IMG/VR virus record: IMGVR_UViG_3300020388_000025
Coordinates: 1 to 44,950 of that record
Source of the DNA: a virus
Lineage: Duplodnaviria; Caudoviricetes
Reading direction: 5' to 3' (one strand)
Length of the DNA: 44,950 nt
Under the pieces are notes generated by a model, which was not told where the DNA came from, searched no databases, and worked only from the letters and a program-made list of their open reading frames with translations. Below, piece by piece: positions 43,845-44,950 of the stretch. How positions within the stretch are numbered: position 1 is the stretch's first letter; every line of letters begins with the position of its first letter. The position numbers and the translations under genes are program-made.

Positions 43845-44290
43845 TGGATAGACGAGACGATAATTTTAAAAGTATGGGTTTTAGTTGGTTTACCGGAGAA
43901 GTAACTAAGGTTGCAGCTGATGGTACTAACAGAGTAAAAGTATTTCCTCATGGATATTATGATGAAGAATTTAATTCTACAGATGACAATGTAGCTGATA
44001 AATTACCTTGGGCATCAGTTATGATGCCATGCACAACTGCTGGTACTAATACAAGTCACCAAAACCATAGCTTAGAAGTGGGTTCATGGGTTGTTGGATT
44101 TTTTAGAGATGGCCCTAGTGCACAAGACCCAATTATCATGGGTACAATACAGGGTAAAGATAAACCAACGTTAGCAAGTCCTGATGTAAAACAACAAAGA
44201 TTCCAGGGTGGTCAAAATATAATTTTTGATAATAAAGCCGGAACTATTACATTAGCTGGTTCTAGTGTTGGTAAAGTAATAATATTATAA
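43844..44290 (+). CDS. gp5: Short baseplate spike protein (gp5 N-terminal OB domain)
   Basis: FSWFTGEV, RVKVFPHGYY, LPWASVMMP, GSWVVGFFRDG...QDPIIMGTI. Confidence 0.85.
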   Translation: MDRRDDNFKSMGFSWFTGEVTKVAADGTNRVKVFPHGYYDEEFNSTDDNVADKLPWASVMMPCTTAGTNTSHQNHSLEVGSWVVGFFRDGPSAQDPIIMGTIQGKDKPTLASPDVKQQRFQGGQNIIFDNKAGTITLAGSSVGKVIIL

Positions 44291-44950
44291 TGACTCAATT
44301 AACAGCAACAGTTCCACCAATGGAGTGTCCCGATGTCATGTTACCGACTCCAGCAAATCTTAGTAATCTTTTTGGAGACCTTGTTACATTAGCAGAAAGA
44401 GCTGCATTATCTGAAATAGATGAACTAAAAGAAGAAGGTCAAAAATTAAAAGACATAATACAAAAGATTAGAGATACTGTCTTAAGCCCATACGATCCTA
44501 AATTTCAAAAATTAGAAATACCTGAAAAAGAATACGAGATAATGATTACAAGATTAATCAACGAGTATAGTACTTATGTTCAGGCTAAGATTATGGAGAT
44601 TATAGCTAATCTAATACCTAGTCTTGGAGTTGAAGTAGAAATCTTAGGTGTTACAGTTGATGCAGTCAAGTTTGCTATTGATAGACCTTATAGAGCAGAA
44701 ATACTTGGGCAAATAGATATCGATAGTATGTATGATTTATTACCACCTGAATATCAAAGCTTTAAAGATAAATTTGATAGTGCAGATTTAAGAGGTAAAA
44801 AAATAAATGACTTTATAGAAACAAAAGTAAAGGAATTTTTACAAGGCAATATTATTCAAGGATTAGAAGATTTGGGATTGAGTTTTACATTACCAACTGA
44901 TCCAAGAGAGGCTGTTAAATTAGCTGTTCAAGAAATTAAAGACGATACAA
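44290..44950 (+). CDS. Hypothetical protein, 3'-truncated by the window edge
   Basis: TAATG coupling; MTQLTATVPPMECPDVMLPTPANLSNLF..., apparently open to the end. Confidence 0.7.
   Translation, partial: MTQLTATVPPMECPDVMLPTPANLSNLFGDLVTLAERAALSEIDELKEEGQKLKDIIQKIRDTVLSPYDPKFQKLEIPEKEYEIMITRLINEYSTYVQAKIMEIIANLIPSLGVEVEILGVTVDAVKFAIDRPYRAEILGQIDIDSMYDLLPPEYQSFKDKFDSADLRGKKINDFIETKVKEFLQGNIIQGLEDLGLSFTLPTDPREAVKLAVQEIKDDT

Noticed and set aside
1-44950. Stop-codon reassignment
   Set aside because: Core genes are full length in the standard code, and TAA, TGA and TAG all end genes.

Overview
AT-rich (~31% GC by eye), gene-dense segment of a T4-like myovirus, most resembling marine T4-like phages of streamlined proteobacteria. 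Host is not determinable; ISC-type IscU/IscA hint at a gamma/betaproteobacterium. Left to right: a cluster of probable internal-head proteins with T4 IP-like capsid-targeting N-termini; spanins; nrdA/nrdB, cytochrome c and glutaredoxin; GIY-YIG, RNase H, DenV-like, exonuclease and HAD genes; two paralogous fibre-like proteins, one ending in a Hint domain; lysozyme; IscU/IscA; a late-promoter operon of two small membrane proteins, CsgF, CsgG, two curlin-like proteins, a FecR-domain protein and a CHASE2 adenylate cyclase; an early region with two duplicated promoters carrying 11-bp phased repeats and a ~310-nt structured ncRNA candidate; gp33/59/32; and tail/baseplate genes (tape measure, gp51/gp26, gp54, gp2, gp4, gp48, gp53, gp27, short gp5). 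Strongest leads: the curli-FecR-cyclase module, the structured ncRNA, a hairpin whose loop is complementary to early-gene RBSs, and a -1 slippery site that would fuse gp26 to gp51. All calls come from reading motifs by eye; no searches or folding programs were run.
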